64,000 bases of DNA from a virus, in the IMG/VR virus record IMGVR_UViG_3300027996_000014, positions 1-64,000 of that record. The stretch is one strand, 5' to 3'. The notes under the pieces were generated by a model, which made no database searches, had not been told where the DNA came from, and saw only the letters and a program-made list of their open reading frames with translations. Position numbers and translations under genes: made by a program. Below, one piece after another: positions 19,135-28,225 of this stretch. Position 1 is the first letter of the stretch. Each line of letters opens with the position of its first letter.

Positions 19135-21312
19135 TTAGAATCCTATAAGACCTTCTTTTAAGCTTCTGCTATCATTAACAGTTTTCTTTACTTTCATTTT
19201 ATCAAAATATGGATCATCTAAAAATCCTTTTACTTCATTTATTCTATTATCTATAGTGTTTCTAGTAGTAGCATCATGCCACAATACCATACCTAATGAT
19301 GAAACCCTATCAAAGTTACCTTGAGGATTCCACATAATAAGTTCTCTAAGTAATGCAGGAGAATAAATAGTTTCAAGAACTCTAGTCTCACTGTTAGTAG
19401 ATACTTTTTCTAATAACCAAGATTTTATATAATCTCTAGCTGTAGAATTTACTTTTTGAGATGCATTAATTCCTTTAGATGTATTACTTCCTGTTTTATA
19501 TGTATCTGAATTACGTAATTGGTAAGGCGTATCAGCTAATAAATATAAACATTTATGTTTTTCAAAATACGTAAACATTCCTGGAAGATTTTGCTCATAC
19601 ATTCCTGTAGCGTTATAATATAATAATAATTTTCTGCAGATTTCGTAAAAATCATTAGGGTCATCTGTTCTCCCTGTATACTCAGCAACTATTTGCCTAG
19701 TATATTTATTCATTATAAATATAGAAGGTAGTGAATTAGTTGTAGATTTTGCTTTATCTACAACATCCATTCCTGCTATGTATGTACCGTAAGGAATTAT
19801 ACCTTCTTCATTACGTTGTGGTTTTACCCATATCTCTATACAACCTTCTTTTTTTTCGTGTTTCCCTAAAGGATAATTACGAATAGGCATCATATCTTGA
19901 ATGGTATCAAAATCTGGCTTATCGTCTTTATCAAATATAATGTTTCCTCTAAACGAAGATTCTAAATATTTTTTAAATTTACCTCCTTCAAGTTCACCAA
20001 GCTGATCTTTAAGATATAACGTTGGAAAGTAAGAACCTTCTAATACTAAGAATGCTTCTGAAGGAAGTACTGGACCATTAATTATTTCTGTCTGGTATAC
20101 TGTTGGATCAGTAGACTTTTTTGCTTTCTTTCTTTGATATTCAATTTGCAACCTAGCTTTAGACTCATCTGTTATAAGATCAGGTTTAACCTTATGTTCA
20201 TTTAAAGTTTTCCAATAAGGAACAAAATAACCAATTCTTCCTCTATTTTCAAAAATATCATCAAACTCTACACAATTATAATCTGCAGGGTTTCTAAATA
20301 TTCCTTCAGCATATAAAGCCGCTCTTCCAGATACAAGTCCTCCTGTACCTAAAGCCCATATTACTAAATTCTTTTTAGTTTTTGATGCTTGGGTAGCTTC
20401 AATTGCTCCCCATGATTCTTTAATATTATACATAAATCCAATCTCATCTAATGCAACAAGGTTTGGACGAGTACTATTGGCAGCTAATGGATTATCTCTA
20501 AATGTTCTGTGACGTAACAATGAACCTGTTTTAGATTCATATTCTCTATTAGGTGCTAATGACCCAGTATAAGTAGTCATCAACGGAGATGGGTAAAAAT
20601 CTTCTCCTATTCTATAAGAACCTTCTAAATGTTTAAACCCAGTTCTACATTTTTTAATTAATGGTTCAGTATATTTAGTATCAATGGCTCCTATAATAGT
20701 ATCAGATGCGATATAATCTTTAGTTTTCTTACGTTCTAAATAATTATCATAATCTGTTGCCCCATCAAATAAAAAATTATGATTAATAATTCCTGATGTA
20801 GCATATGACTTACCTCCACCTCTGGCCTGTATACTCATTAAATGCTTTGCTGAATTTTTATATAACGGCTTTCCTAAATCCTTACCGTGATTTTTACGTA
20901 AGTATTCTCTAGCTGGTATGTACGTCATAGACTTTACTTGCACTGCAGTAACTCTTCCTAACTGTAATGCTAGTTCTTTTTCTGGCCCAAACTTTCTGTC
21001 GCATGTATATGTACTATCATTAGTAAAACCTGAAAATCCTCTACACTCTTCATAGATTAGAAATAGTTCCCAATCAATATCTCTTAACCAAGGAAGCCCC
21101 GTTGCCTGTGCAACAGAGCTATCGTCTTCAAATAGAATTTTATGAAAATTAATATAATAATACAGCGGACCTGGCATCCATTTACCTCCTGACCATTTAC
21201 CCTCAATACAATAACGTTTTTGTTCTCCCCAAAAAGTAATACGTTCATAGTATTCTAATTCAGGGTGATGATTAGGTATTTCTGTAAGTTTAAAATTACT
21301 ATTGTTTACCAT
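19135..21312 (-). CDS. terL: terminase large subunit
   Basis: Walker A ARGGGKS, Walker B VALDE, GTGG coupling motif, RNase H-like IAGMD and FDRVSS. Confidence 0.9.
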   Translation of the reverse strand: MVNNSNFKLTEIPNHHPELEYYERITFWGEQKRYCIEGKWSGGKWMPGPLYYYINFHKILFEDDSSVAQATGLPWLRDIDWELFLIYEECRGFSGFTNDSTYTCDRKFGPEKELALQLGRVTAVQVKSMTYIPAREYLRKNHGKDLGKPLYKNSAKHLMSIQARGGGKSYATSGIINHNFLFDGATDYDNYLERKKTKDYIASDTIIGAIDTKYTEPLIKKCRTGFKHLEGSYRIGEDFYPSPLMTTYTGSLAPNREYESKTGSLLRHRTFRDNPLAANSTRPNLVALDEIGFMYNIKESWGAIEATQASKTKKNLVIWALGTGGLVSGRAALYAEGIFRNPADYNCVEFDDIFENRGRIGYFVPYWKTLNEHKVKPDLITDESKARLQIEYQRKKAKKSTDPTVYQTEIINGPVLPSEAFLVLEGSYFPTLYLKDQLGELEGGKFKKYLESSFRGNIIFDKDDKPDFDTIQDMMPIRNYPLGKHEKKEGCIEIWVKPQRNEEGIIPYGTYIAGMDVVDKAKSTTNSLPSIFIMNKYTRQIVAEYTGRTDDPNDFYEICRKLLLYYNATGMYEQNLPGMFTYFEKHKCLYLLADTPYQLRNSDTYKTGSNTSKGINASQKVNSTARDYIKSWLLEKVSTNSETRVLETIYSPALLRELIMWNPQGNFDRVSSLGMVLWHDATTRNTIDNRINEVKGFLDDPYFDKMKVKKTVNDSRSLKEGLIGF

Positions 21313-21313
21313 G

Positions 21314-21835
21314 TTATATTACATCATCATCTGACAAAGATGCTATTTTAGTTCCTTTTTTATGAGTTTTTTCTTCTTCAAAAGATTGTTTAATTTTTTT
21401 ATAATCATCAAACATCTTAGGAGTTAAAGATAACATTTTATCAATTTTAACCAACTCATCAGTATCTTTTTCTTTAATAGCATCTCTGTATAAATCTTTA
21501 ATAGCGTTATCTCTAAGTATTATTATTTCATCCCAATTTTGAAGAGCTCGTTCAGCGGGACTTAATGCAGTAGCTTTATATTCAGATACTATATCTTTTA
21601 TACTATTCCATTTAAAACTAACATCTTTAAGAAAAGATTTAGCTAATATACTTAACTTGTCAGGATTATTATAAAATTTAGATTCAGGGTGTTCAGCCAT
21701 ATGAATGGCCCACATTACTAAAGAACTTTTTGTTTTATCTTTAGATTTATCAGCAGTATAGTATTTATTTAATGCTTCTGGTATTGTGAGCTCTGGGTAT
21801 ATTTTCCAGAAGTTATTTTTAAAATCAGCTACCAT
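21314..21835 (-). CDS. putative terminase small subunit or conserved protein
   Basis: 173 aa helical ORF immediately upstream of terL. Confidence 0.4.
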   Translation of the reverse strand: MVADFKNNFWKIYPELTIPEALNKYYTADKSKDKTKSSLVMWAIHMAEHPESKFYNNPDKLSILAKSFLKDVSFKWNSIKDIVSEYKATALSPAERALQNWDEIIILRDNAIKDLYRDAIKEKDTDELVKIDKMLSLTPKMFDDYKKIKQSFEEEKTHKKGTKIASLSDDDVI

Positions 21836-22088
21836 TGTTTTTCTTTTTTTGTTCTAAGCACATGTTAGCATGATTAATATTTCTTTTATTAGGAATAAAT
21901 TTACCAAAGTTATCTACATGTATAATCTTAAATTTTTCAGAATCATACACACCATTTACCATCTTATCTTTTTTTGATATTTCATAAAATACTTTGTCCG
22001 TAAGCAATTTCCATATTTCTTCAGCTTGCTGAATTTGAAGACCATGTTCTTTTGCTATACGGACTAGTATTTCTTTTTGTTTAGTCAT
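21825..22088 (-). CDS. HU/IHF-like DNA-binding protein
   Basis: IAKEHGL...AEEI helices and IHVDNFGKF, matching the HU/IHF xxxGFGxF motif. Confidence 0.7.
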   Translation of the reverse strand: MTKQKEILVRIAKEHGLQIQQAEEIWKLLTDKVFYEISKKDKMVNGVYDSEKFKIIHVDNFGKFIPNKRNINHANMCLEQKKKNNGS

Positions 22089-22603
22089 GAAATAGTAATA
22101 TTAGAAAAATCTTTATTTTCAGTAATTATATTATCTTTTCCATTAGAAGGTTTAGCTAATTTAGTAGTAGGTACTTTTTCTTCTTTTTCAATTTTCTTTT
22201 TTTCTTTTTTAACAGAAGGTTTACTAATAGTATTAATTAAATTAATTTCAATTTGAAATCCTTCATCATCTGGTTTAAATAACAACCCTTCATGAACTAC
22301 ATTATCTTCATTCAATATAGGGGCCCCTAAATAAGTTTTCTTTTTTAATTTATAAACTACAACATTAAATTGCTTTTCTTCAATTTCTAAAAACTCTCTC
22401 ATTTCTTTACGCATATCAGTACTAAGTATAAACTTAGCTCTTTTGTCAACAGGGAGAGCAATGTACTCGTGATTTAATTTAATTAACTCAGCTAATACAT
22501 TTCTTTCTTGATTAGATATATCTAATATAAAATTTAAGAATGCTAATATTTGTTTATAAACTAAACTATTATTTGTCGGTAATGTTATTATCTTTTTTTT
22601 CAT
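22085..22603 (-). CDS. hypothetical protein, possibly HTH
   Basis: Probable start MKKKIITL at 22603. Confidence 0.5.
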   Translation of the reverse strand: MKKKIITLPTNNSLVYKQILAFLNFILDISNQERNVLAELIKLNHEYIALPVDKRAKFILSTDMRKEMREFLEIEEKQFNVVVYKLKKKTYLGAPILNEDNVVHEGLLFKPDDEGFQIEINLINTISKPSVKKEKKKIEKEEKVPTTKLAKPSNGKDNIITENKDFSNITIS

Positions 22604-22988
22604 TATCATTATTTCTAAGAACCTCTCTTGCAACTTCTTGTAATTGAGGATCTGTATTTAAAGCTTTTCCTAATTCGTTCCAAGTTAATATTGAAGTTTC
22701 CATTGAAGAAGATAATACTGATACTAATACATTATATTCCATATTATAAACATCAATATTATCAGGTCTATTGAAACGTAGTTCTTGAATAACTCTTTCA
22801 CCATGACCTAATTCAAAAATAGAAATAGAAAAGATCCATCCTTTAAAATTATCAAGTTCAACAGGTTCACTTTTATACTTGACAATTTCATTAATTCCAG
22901 ATTTACTATTTTTAGTATTAAGTCCAGCAATTATAATAGCCATTGTAGCTCTTAGTAACTCAACTTTATTTTTCATTTTCAATATCAT
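22569..22988 (-). CDS. hypothetical protein
   Basis: ORF coupled within the operon. Confidence 0.55.
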   Translation of the reverse strand: MILKMKNKVELLRATMAIIIAGLNTKNSKSGINEIVKYKSEPVELDNFKGWIFSISIFELGHGERVIQELRFNRPDNIDVYNMEYNVLVSVLSSSMETSILTWNELGKALNTDPQLQEVAREVLRNNDNEKKDNNITDK

Positions 22989-23199
22989 TATTAACTATAA
23001 ATACTTGAGAAACTATACGCTCATCATTCATTGTCAGTTGTGCTTTAAGAATACAATTATATTTCATAAGAACTGTTTGTACTTCTTTAGTACAATTTTC
23101 TTTAGCAATAATTAATTCTTCTCTTACTACTGCTTCCTCTCTCTTATCCCCAGTAGCCTTATTTGTTTTTTCTTCTTTTACTTCTTTTACTTTTTCCAT
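22966..23199 (-). CDS. hypothetical protein
   Basis: 77 aa ORF coupled within the operon. Confidence 0.55.
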   Translation of the reverse strand: MEKVKEVKEEKTNKATGDKREEAVVREELIIAKENCTKEVQTVLMKYNCILKAQLTMNDERIVSQVFIVNNDIENEK

Positions 23200-23214
23200 G
23201 TTATTCGTTTTTAT

Positions 23215-23490
23215 TTATATTGAAAATATTTCACTATTTAATTTATACCTACCTCTTGTTATTTCTCTAATTATTAATTCTCGTTTTTTTAATGATGCAA
23301 TATGTTTATCTAAAGTAGTAATAGTAATATCTAAATTATTCATTATTTCTTTTTTATGAATCTTATCAGCATACCATATTCCACTTTCTTCATCTATTTG
23401 ATTTAATATAATATGCAACACTTTAAAAGTTGTATCATTAGCTTTTAATAGAATCGATTCTTTAATATCTAAATATGCTAATACTATCAT
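23215..23490 (-). CDS. winged-HTH protein (RepL-like)
   Basis: IMNNLDITITTLDKHIASLKKRELI...RGRYKLN wHTH pattern. Confidence 0.65.
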   Translation of the reverse strand: MIVLAYLDIKESILLKANDTTFKVLHIILNQIDEESGIWYADKIHKKEIMNNLDITITTLDKHIASLKKRELIIREITRGRYKLNSEIFSI

Positions 23491-23789
23491 AATGTAATTA
23501 ATCTTTTATTCAATCTAAATTTTCCTCTTACTTCTGTAACAGATATTAATTCTAACTCTTTTAGTATTTTTAAATGTCCTTCAAGTGTAGACCTACTAAT
23601 TTCTAATTTACTCATTATTGATTCTCTATTAGTTTTATCTGAATGCCAACAATAATCATTTGGGTTAGCATCCCTTAATACATAATGAAGTACTTTCAAG
23701 GGACTACTGTTTAGCTTTAAAAGAATACTTGAATTGTTTAATTCAAAACTCAATGTTGCTTTTTTCTTTTTATAATAACCTCTTTTCAA
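23487..23789 (-). CDS. winged-HTH protein (RepL-like), paralog of 23215..23490
   Basis: IMSKLEISRSTLEGHLKILKELELI...RGKFRLN; TTG start. Confidence 0.65.
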   Translation of the reverse strand: MKRGYYKKKKATLSFELNNSSILLKLNSSPLKVLHYVLRDANPNDYCWHSDKTNRESIMSKLEISRSTLEGHLKILKELELISVTEVRGKFRLNKRLITL

Positions 23790-23824
23790 TACAAATATAT
23801 AATAAATTCATAAAACTAACAGTA

Positions 23825-23854
23825 CAAAGGTAATAAATTATTGTTACTATCAAA
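23825..23854 (-). promoter_or_regulatory. Bacteroidota sigma70-type promoter (TTTG-N18-TACCTTTG); second -7 box TATATTTG at 23792-23799
   Basis: Matches -33 TTTG and -7 TAnnTTTG upstream of the leftward operon. Confidence 0.55.
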
Positions 23855-23931
23855 ATGATTCTAGTATAAAGTTAAATAAAAGTTAAATAAAGTTAGGATA
23901 TCAATTTATTATAACAGTAGTAAATGCTCTA

Positions 23932-24018
23932 TTACGGTTTAAACCGTAACGCTGTTATGGGTACAGCCGTAACGTTGTTATGGTTCTAGCCGTAATAGTG
24001 GTCAGGCTAAAGCCGTAA
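23932..24018. repeat. four tandem 23-bp-period imperfect palindromes TTAYGG-N6-CCGTAA (iteron/operator-like)
   Basis: CCGTAA at 23944, 23967, 23990 and 24013; left arms TTACGG, TTATGG, TTATGG, GTCAGG. Confidence 0.9.
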
Positions 24019-24329
24019 TAGGAATGGACGTTATTTATTAGGAGTCAGTTAGTTACGTGTTTGAATATCACTCCGAATTCCCCCTATAAGATAAACTTTA
24101 TAGTTTCTAACGAATATCATCATATTTTAAAATAACTTTTTTATTATTTTTTTAAAACACTCAACTAACCGTGTGAACTTAAAAAAATTATAGACCCCCC
24201 CCTTACCTTTTATTATTTAAAAATACTTAGCGAGTATTTAAGCTGAGACCACCTATAATTTAACCCCTACTAAAAATGGGCAAGGGGAAAGTAGTCCCCC
24301 GTAAAAAATAACCCTTAAAAACTTAGGAC

Positions 24330-24638
24330 ATGAAAAATTTAAAATTAGACAGGTTAGCAAATCTGGTACAGACTTACGGAGCTAAGTTGTACAAGCAAGG
24401 AGAATCATTGGGTACCGTTGTCGTAGGACAAGAAGGCGTTACCATTGACGGAGAAGCATTAGTAATACCTAACGGTGAAGAAGGTACAATGTATATACCA
24501 TTCAGACGAGGTATAGTAGGTGAAGAAGGTAAGACGTACGAACTTCACGTATTCACAGCAGAACGTGATGCCAATGGTACGTACAACGGTGAAGCATGGT
24601 CAGTAACCAAAGGTCACGAGAAGGTATTTGCGTCATAA
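24330..24638 (+). CDS. first early gene, hypothetical
   Basis: 102 aa, less AT-rich than its flanks, followed by a terminator. Confidence 0.7.
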   Translation: MKNLKLDRLANLVQTYGAKLYKQGESLGTVVVGQEGVTIDGEALVIPNGEEGTMYIPFRRGIVGEEGKTYELHVFTAERDANGTYNGEAWSVTKGHEKVFAS

Positions 24639-24644
24639 TAGTAC

Positions 24645-24677
24645 ACCCACAATGTCGAAAGATGTTGTGGGTTTTTT
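24645..24677 (+). terminator. intrinsic terminator
   Basis: ACCCACAATGTC-GAAA-GATGTTGTGGGT followed by a T-run. Confidence 0.85.
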
Positions 24678-25268
24678 ATAACTATGTAATATACTTACAA
24701 CTTACAGTTATTTGGTCCTATTCTAACACTAATTAACTGAACTCTCAGTACTCAAGTAGTACTTGCATATGAACACGCTAAGATATTCATTATTAATACC
24801 TTATAATCATGAAAAATGATGACAATGTTGTTGTTAACGGTTGTTGTACTACACTCGCATGGCTTCTAAATCCTAATGGATAAAGCCACAATATCAATTT
24901 GATATAATATTTATAGCTCAATATTAATTACACAGGATATGTAGAGACTTCCACGTACTCGAACGGCTTATGTAACAATAATCTATAATATACAGTACAA
25001 CACCTTAACTCATAAGAACTCAGTGAATAATAGTAGCTGAGTTCTTTATTATTAACATTAAACTCTCATACAATAGTAGCATTACCCTTGGTAGATTGAC
25101 CTCTCATATTAGAATTAAACAGTCAATCCACACGGAAAATCCCTTTAATTATCTATTTAATCATTAAAAGATTAATAAGATAACAGGATATGCATCAAGG
25201 ATTAGAACCTTGTGAGAGCTTATTATTTAATGACAAAAACATAAGTTTTAACCATTAAATATATTAAA

Positions 25269-25391
25269 ATGATAGTAGTAAAAACAGGAAAAGAGCTTGA
25301 TAAACTCTGGAACGAATTAATGCAAAAATCAAGGTGCAACCTTGTAGAGAAGATATTGATATATACTCACGAGGTATATATTATAGAGTAA
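25269..25391 (+). CDS. small hypothetical protein (40 aa)
   Basis: Manual translation MIVVKTGKELDKLWNELMQK...; A-rich leader. Confidence 0.4.
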   Translation: MIVVKTGKELDKLWNELMQKSRCNLVEKILIYTHEVYIIE

Positions 25392-26158
25392 TAGGTACTG
25401 CAGTACTGATAAGTGAGACTAGCGACAGCCCTTAGCCCTTGTTACAACAAGGTGGTCTAAGACGGAATATGAAGAAGTTTTATTTTACTTGTACTTATTA
25501 AAAACATTACCTTCTGAAGAGTTACCTCAAGCACATAGAAGATGTAAAACTGCGCAGGATGAACCTGCTGAGTTAGCTCACTCTTAGAGGTGGGCAGGTA
25601 ATAATATTGGTCAAACCTATGACCATGTGACTATAACCGTATCCTGTGAAATTCAGTATAAATATAGAAAACCGACTTTAATCACAAAAGAAAGGTAAGG
25701 GAAAGTGTGACCTCTGTTAGATACAAGTTAAGATGCATATAACCTTATCCAGTGTACCCTTGAAATGCCATTTGAGAGGGAATCGTAAGCGTTAACTATA
25801 ACGTGCTTTAAGCAATATAATAGTACACTGAGGAGTTGGCGGCAAGAGATAAATCGGCTCATGGTCCAGTTGCCGAGTGCCTAATAAGAGAGTCTGGAGT
25901 ACCAGTAGAAATAAGCACTTATTTATCTCGTGACCATTGAAAGATGGTACTAATACATAATAAAGCTAACCTCTTGACAATGTTAGGACTTGTAAAGTCA
26001 AGTATAAAAGCATACTAACAAGGTATGGTGGTGTATATAACACGTAATAAACTCCTACTAAGATGAAAGCACCTTGTTTATTTATTAATAAATTACTTTA
26101 TATAATAATGTGGTTTCACCCTATTGGCTTAGCTCTGTGTAAATCCCACATTTATTAT
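25389..26158 (+). ncRNA. candidate large structured ncRNA or cluster of structured RNAs
   Basis: No ORF of 60 aa or more, raised GC, series of nested long-range helices and T-loop-like TGAAA hairpins; strand inferred from flanking genes. Confidence 0.55.
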
Positions 26159-26184
26159 ATTATTAACCCTTTAAACTTATAACA

Positions 26185-26352
26185 ATGAAAAATTTAATAA
26201 CATTTATATTGATGATTACATTAGTATCATGCGGTACTTCTAAACATAAATCATGTACTAAAACAAAAACTTATCGAGTTAAAACTAATAAACAAAAGTT
26301 TAACTCAAATAAAAATAATAGTTCTTTTAATAAAAAAAGACATAACTTATAA
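26185..26352 (+). CDS. small basic lipoprotein (55 aa)
   Basis: Manual translation MKNLITFILMITLVSCGTSK...; lipobox LVSC. Confidence 0.6.
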   Translation: MKNLITFILMITLVSCGTSKHKSCTKTKTYRVKTNKQKFNSNKNNSSFNKKRHNL

Positions 26353-26391
26353 TAAATTATGTCTTAAATTAACCCTTTAAATACTTATATT

Positions 26392-26718
26392 ATGAACAGA
26401 TTTAACCTCATTTGCAAGTTCTTACGTGGTAAAAACATGCTATCAATCGAAACAATTAATCATTATTTAGATAATCCACATTTAATGGATGATATTGAAT
26501 TAATGCTATATCCTACTATACAAAAGAAAATTAAAGATTTCATTAAGCTTAACATGAAGCTTAATAAACATATTGATGTTATGTCAATAGTAAATTGTAT
26601 AGATTTTAGACCAGATATAGTTGTTGAAAATCTTACTTACTTAATTAATACAGGTCAAGTTAAAAAAGAAATAATTGGATTTAATAGTTCTTACAAGTTA
26701 ATTAATCACTCACTTTAG
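26392..26718 (+). CDS. hypothetical protein, possible wHTH C-terminus
   Basis: 108 aa ORF with A-rich leader. Confidence 0.55.
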   Translation: MNRFNLICKFLRGKNMLSIETINHYLDNPHLMDDIELMLYPTIQKKIKDFIKLNMKLNKHIDVMSIVNCIDFRPDIVVENLTYLINTGQVKKEIIGFNSSYKLINHSL

Positions 26719-26742
26719 AGTAATTTATAGCTTTAACTTAAT

Positions 26743-26782
26743 TATAATCATTTGTAATATCATATTATTACAAATGATTATA
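26743..26782. repeat. perfect 17-bp inverted repeat
   Basis: TATAATCATTTGTAATA-tcatat-TATTACAAATGATTATA. Confidence 0.8.
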
Positions 26783-26801
26783 TTATTAAAACAATAGAAA
26801 T

Positions 26802-26990
26802 ATGAATTGGAAACATTTAATATTCAGTATTATTATGGTAATAATATGGATAATAATCTTTTTATGGATGATATTTAAATTTGCTGATAATAATAAGAAA
26901 AAAAGATATCAGTTTTTAAGAGAATCATTCTCACCAATGTCTAATAATATTGAAATTCAAAAAGCTTACGATATAATAAGAAATAAATAG
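26802..26990 (+). CDS. small membrane protein
   Basis: N-terminal TM segment; preceded by TAAAACAATAGAAATATG, a variant of the junction motif. Confidence 0.6.
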   Translation: MNWKHLIFSIIMVIIWIIIFLWMIFKFADNNKKKRYQFLRESFSPMSNNIEIQKAYDIIRNK

Positions 26991-26994
26991 TACT

Positions 26995-27147
26995 ATGAAA
27001 GAAATAATGGACGAAATTAGAAATAAATTTAATAAAGAAATACAAGAGTATCATTCTTTAGAAAATGCTGCAATAATAATAATTTATGATCGTATTGCAT
27101 CAGAAGTATACTTAGAAAAACTATCACAAATGATGGATAGGAATTAA
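26995..27147 (+). CDS. small hypothetical protein (50 aa)
   Basis: Manual translation MKEIMDEIRNKF...MMDRN. Confidence 0.45.
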   Translation: MKEIMDEIRNKFNKEIQEYHSLENAAIIIIYDRIASEVYLEKLSQMMDRN

Positions 27148-27171
27148 TCACATTTAAAAACCATTTACATT

Positions 27172-27621
27172 ATGAAAAATATTTTATTAATAATTACCTT
27201 ATTTGTAAGCCTAGTAGGGTTTACACAAAACACTAATAACTTTAGTAATACAGATTTTGTTATAAATGGTCAAATTGAAAATGCAACTAACTGTAACTAT
27301 ATCATATATGACATAGATAAAAATGGACTATGGAGATTTCTTGAAAAAGTATCTATTAGTTCAAAATTTAAAATTACTGTTAAAGCTTATAAAAGTTATT
27401 TTATAATTTTTAAGACTAAAAATAAAGCAAAACATTTGTATTTAAATTTAGCAAGTGCTTCAACTGAAAATTCAATTATAGACTTTGAATATGATTCTCA
27501 TATTGTAATGTATTATGATGTGAAATATAGTAAATATTCATTTTACTTAGTTGATGATAATAATCCTACAATACTTAGAAATAAAATGTATGAACAGGAT
27601 AATTTATATAAAAATAATTAA
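27172..27621 (+). CDS. secreted protein
   Basis: Signal peptide MKNILLIITLFVSLVGFT followed by Q. Confidence 0.6.
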   Translation: MKNILLIITLFVSLVGFTQNTNNFSNTDFVINGQIENATNCNYIIYDIDKNGLWRFLEKVSISSKFKITVKAYKSYFIIFKTKNKAKHLYLNLASASTENSIIDFEYDSHIVMYYDVKYSKYSFYLVDDNNPTILRNKMYEQDNLYKNN

Positions 27622-27871
27622 AAAAATGGTGCTTGGCAGAGTACTATACCCAAAAAGAATAGTTTTAGACTTGGGGAAGTCACATAAACTAAGTTAAAAT
27701 CTTTTACCGTTGTATATTGTTAAATTATATATAATAGGTTTTTCGTTAGCTTATCGTGTTGTATAGTAATAGCGGCAGTTAGAACTATGCAATATAAAAA
27801 TGTTATGGGGGGAGTATGAGAATTTACTTAGAAACCCCCACAACTTTATCAATCTTTTAATCACACATATT

Positions 27872-28225
27872 ATGAAAATATTATACACATGCCTTATCAT
27901 GTTATTGACAACAACTATGGTAAAAGCTCAGATAGCAGACTTTGAACTGCAAGAATTAAAAATAGATATGAAACAACGTGTATTCAAATGTGAACTTACA
28001 TTAATCGTTGATGATATTTATTACCCTATTACTCCACCAAATTTTAGTGGAGATATTATTACTTTTTTGTTAGCAGAAAATCAAGACTATCATATAATAG
28101 TAAATAATGAAATCTATATAAACATCTCTCAATTATCGAGAGAAGTAATAGATGAACGAGACTTAGATATATCATCTGATGTTTTGTATAAATTTGAAAA
28201 AGGAATATTAGTGTTTAACTATTAA
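27872..28225 (+). CDS. secreted protein
   Basis: Start reassigned to MKILYTCLIMLLTTTMVKA-Q, a signal peptide. Confidence 0.6.
   Translation: MKILYTCLIMLLTTTMVKAQIADFELQELKIDMKQRVFKCELTLIVDDIYYPITPPNFSGDIITFLLAENQDYHIIVNNEIYINISQLSREVIDERDLDISSDVLYKFEKGILVFNY

Noticed and set aside
23932-24018. Mini-CRISPR interpretation of the 23-bp repeats
   Set aside because: Units are head-to-tail with only 5-6 variable bases, too short for spacers
25514-25600. Hammerhead ribozyme at CTGAAGA (and CTGATAAG at about 25406)
   Set aside because: No correctly placed stem II-GAAA-stem III; CTGAAGAGT instead pairs with ACTCTTAG
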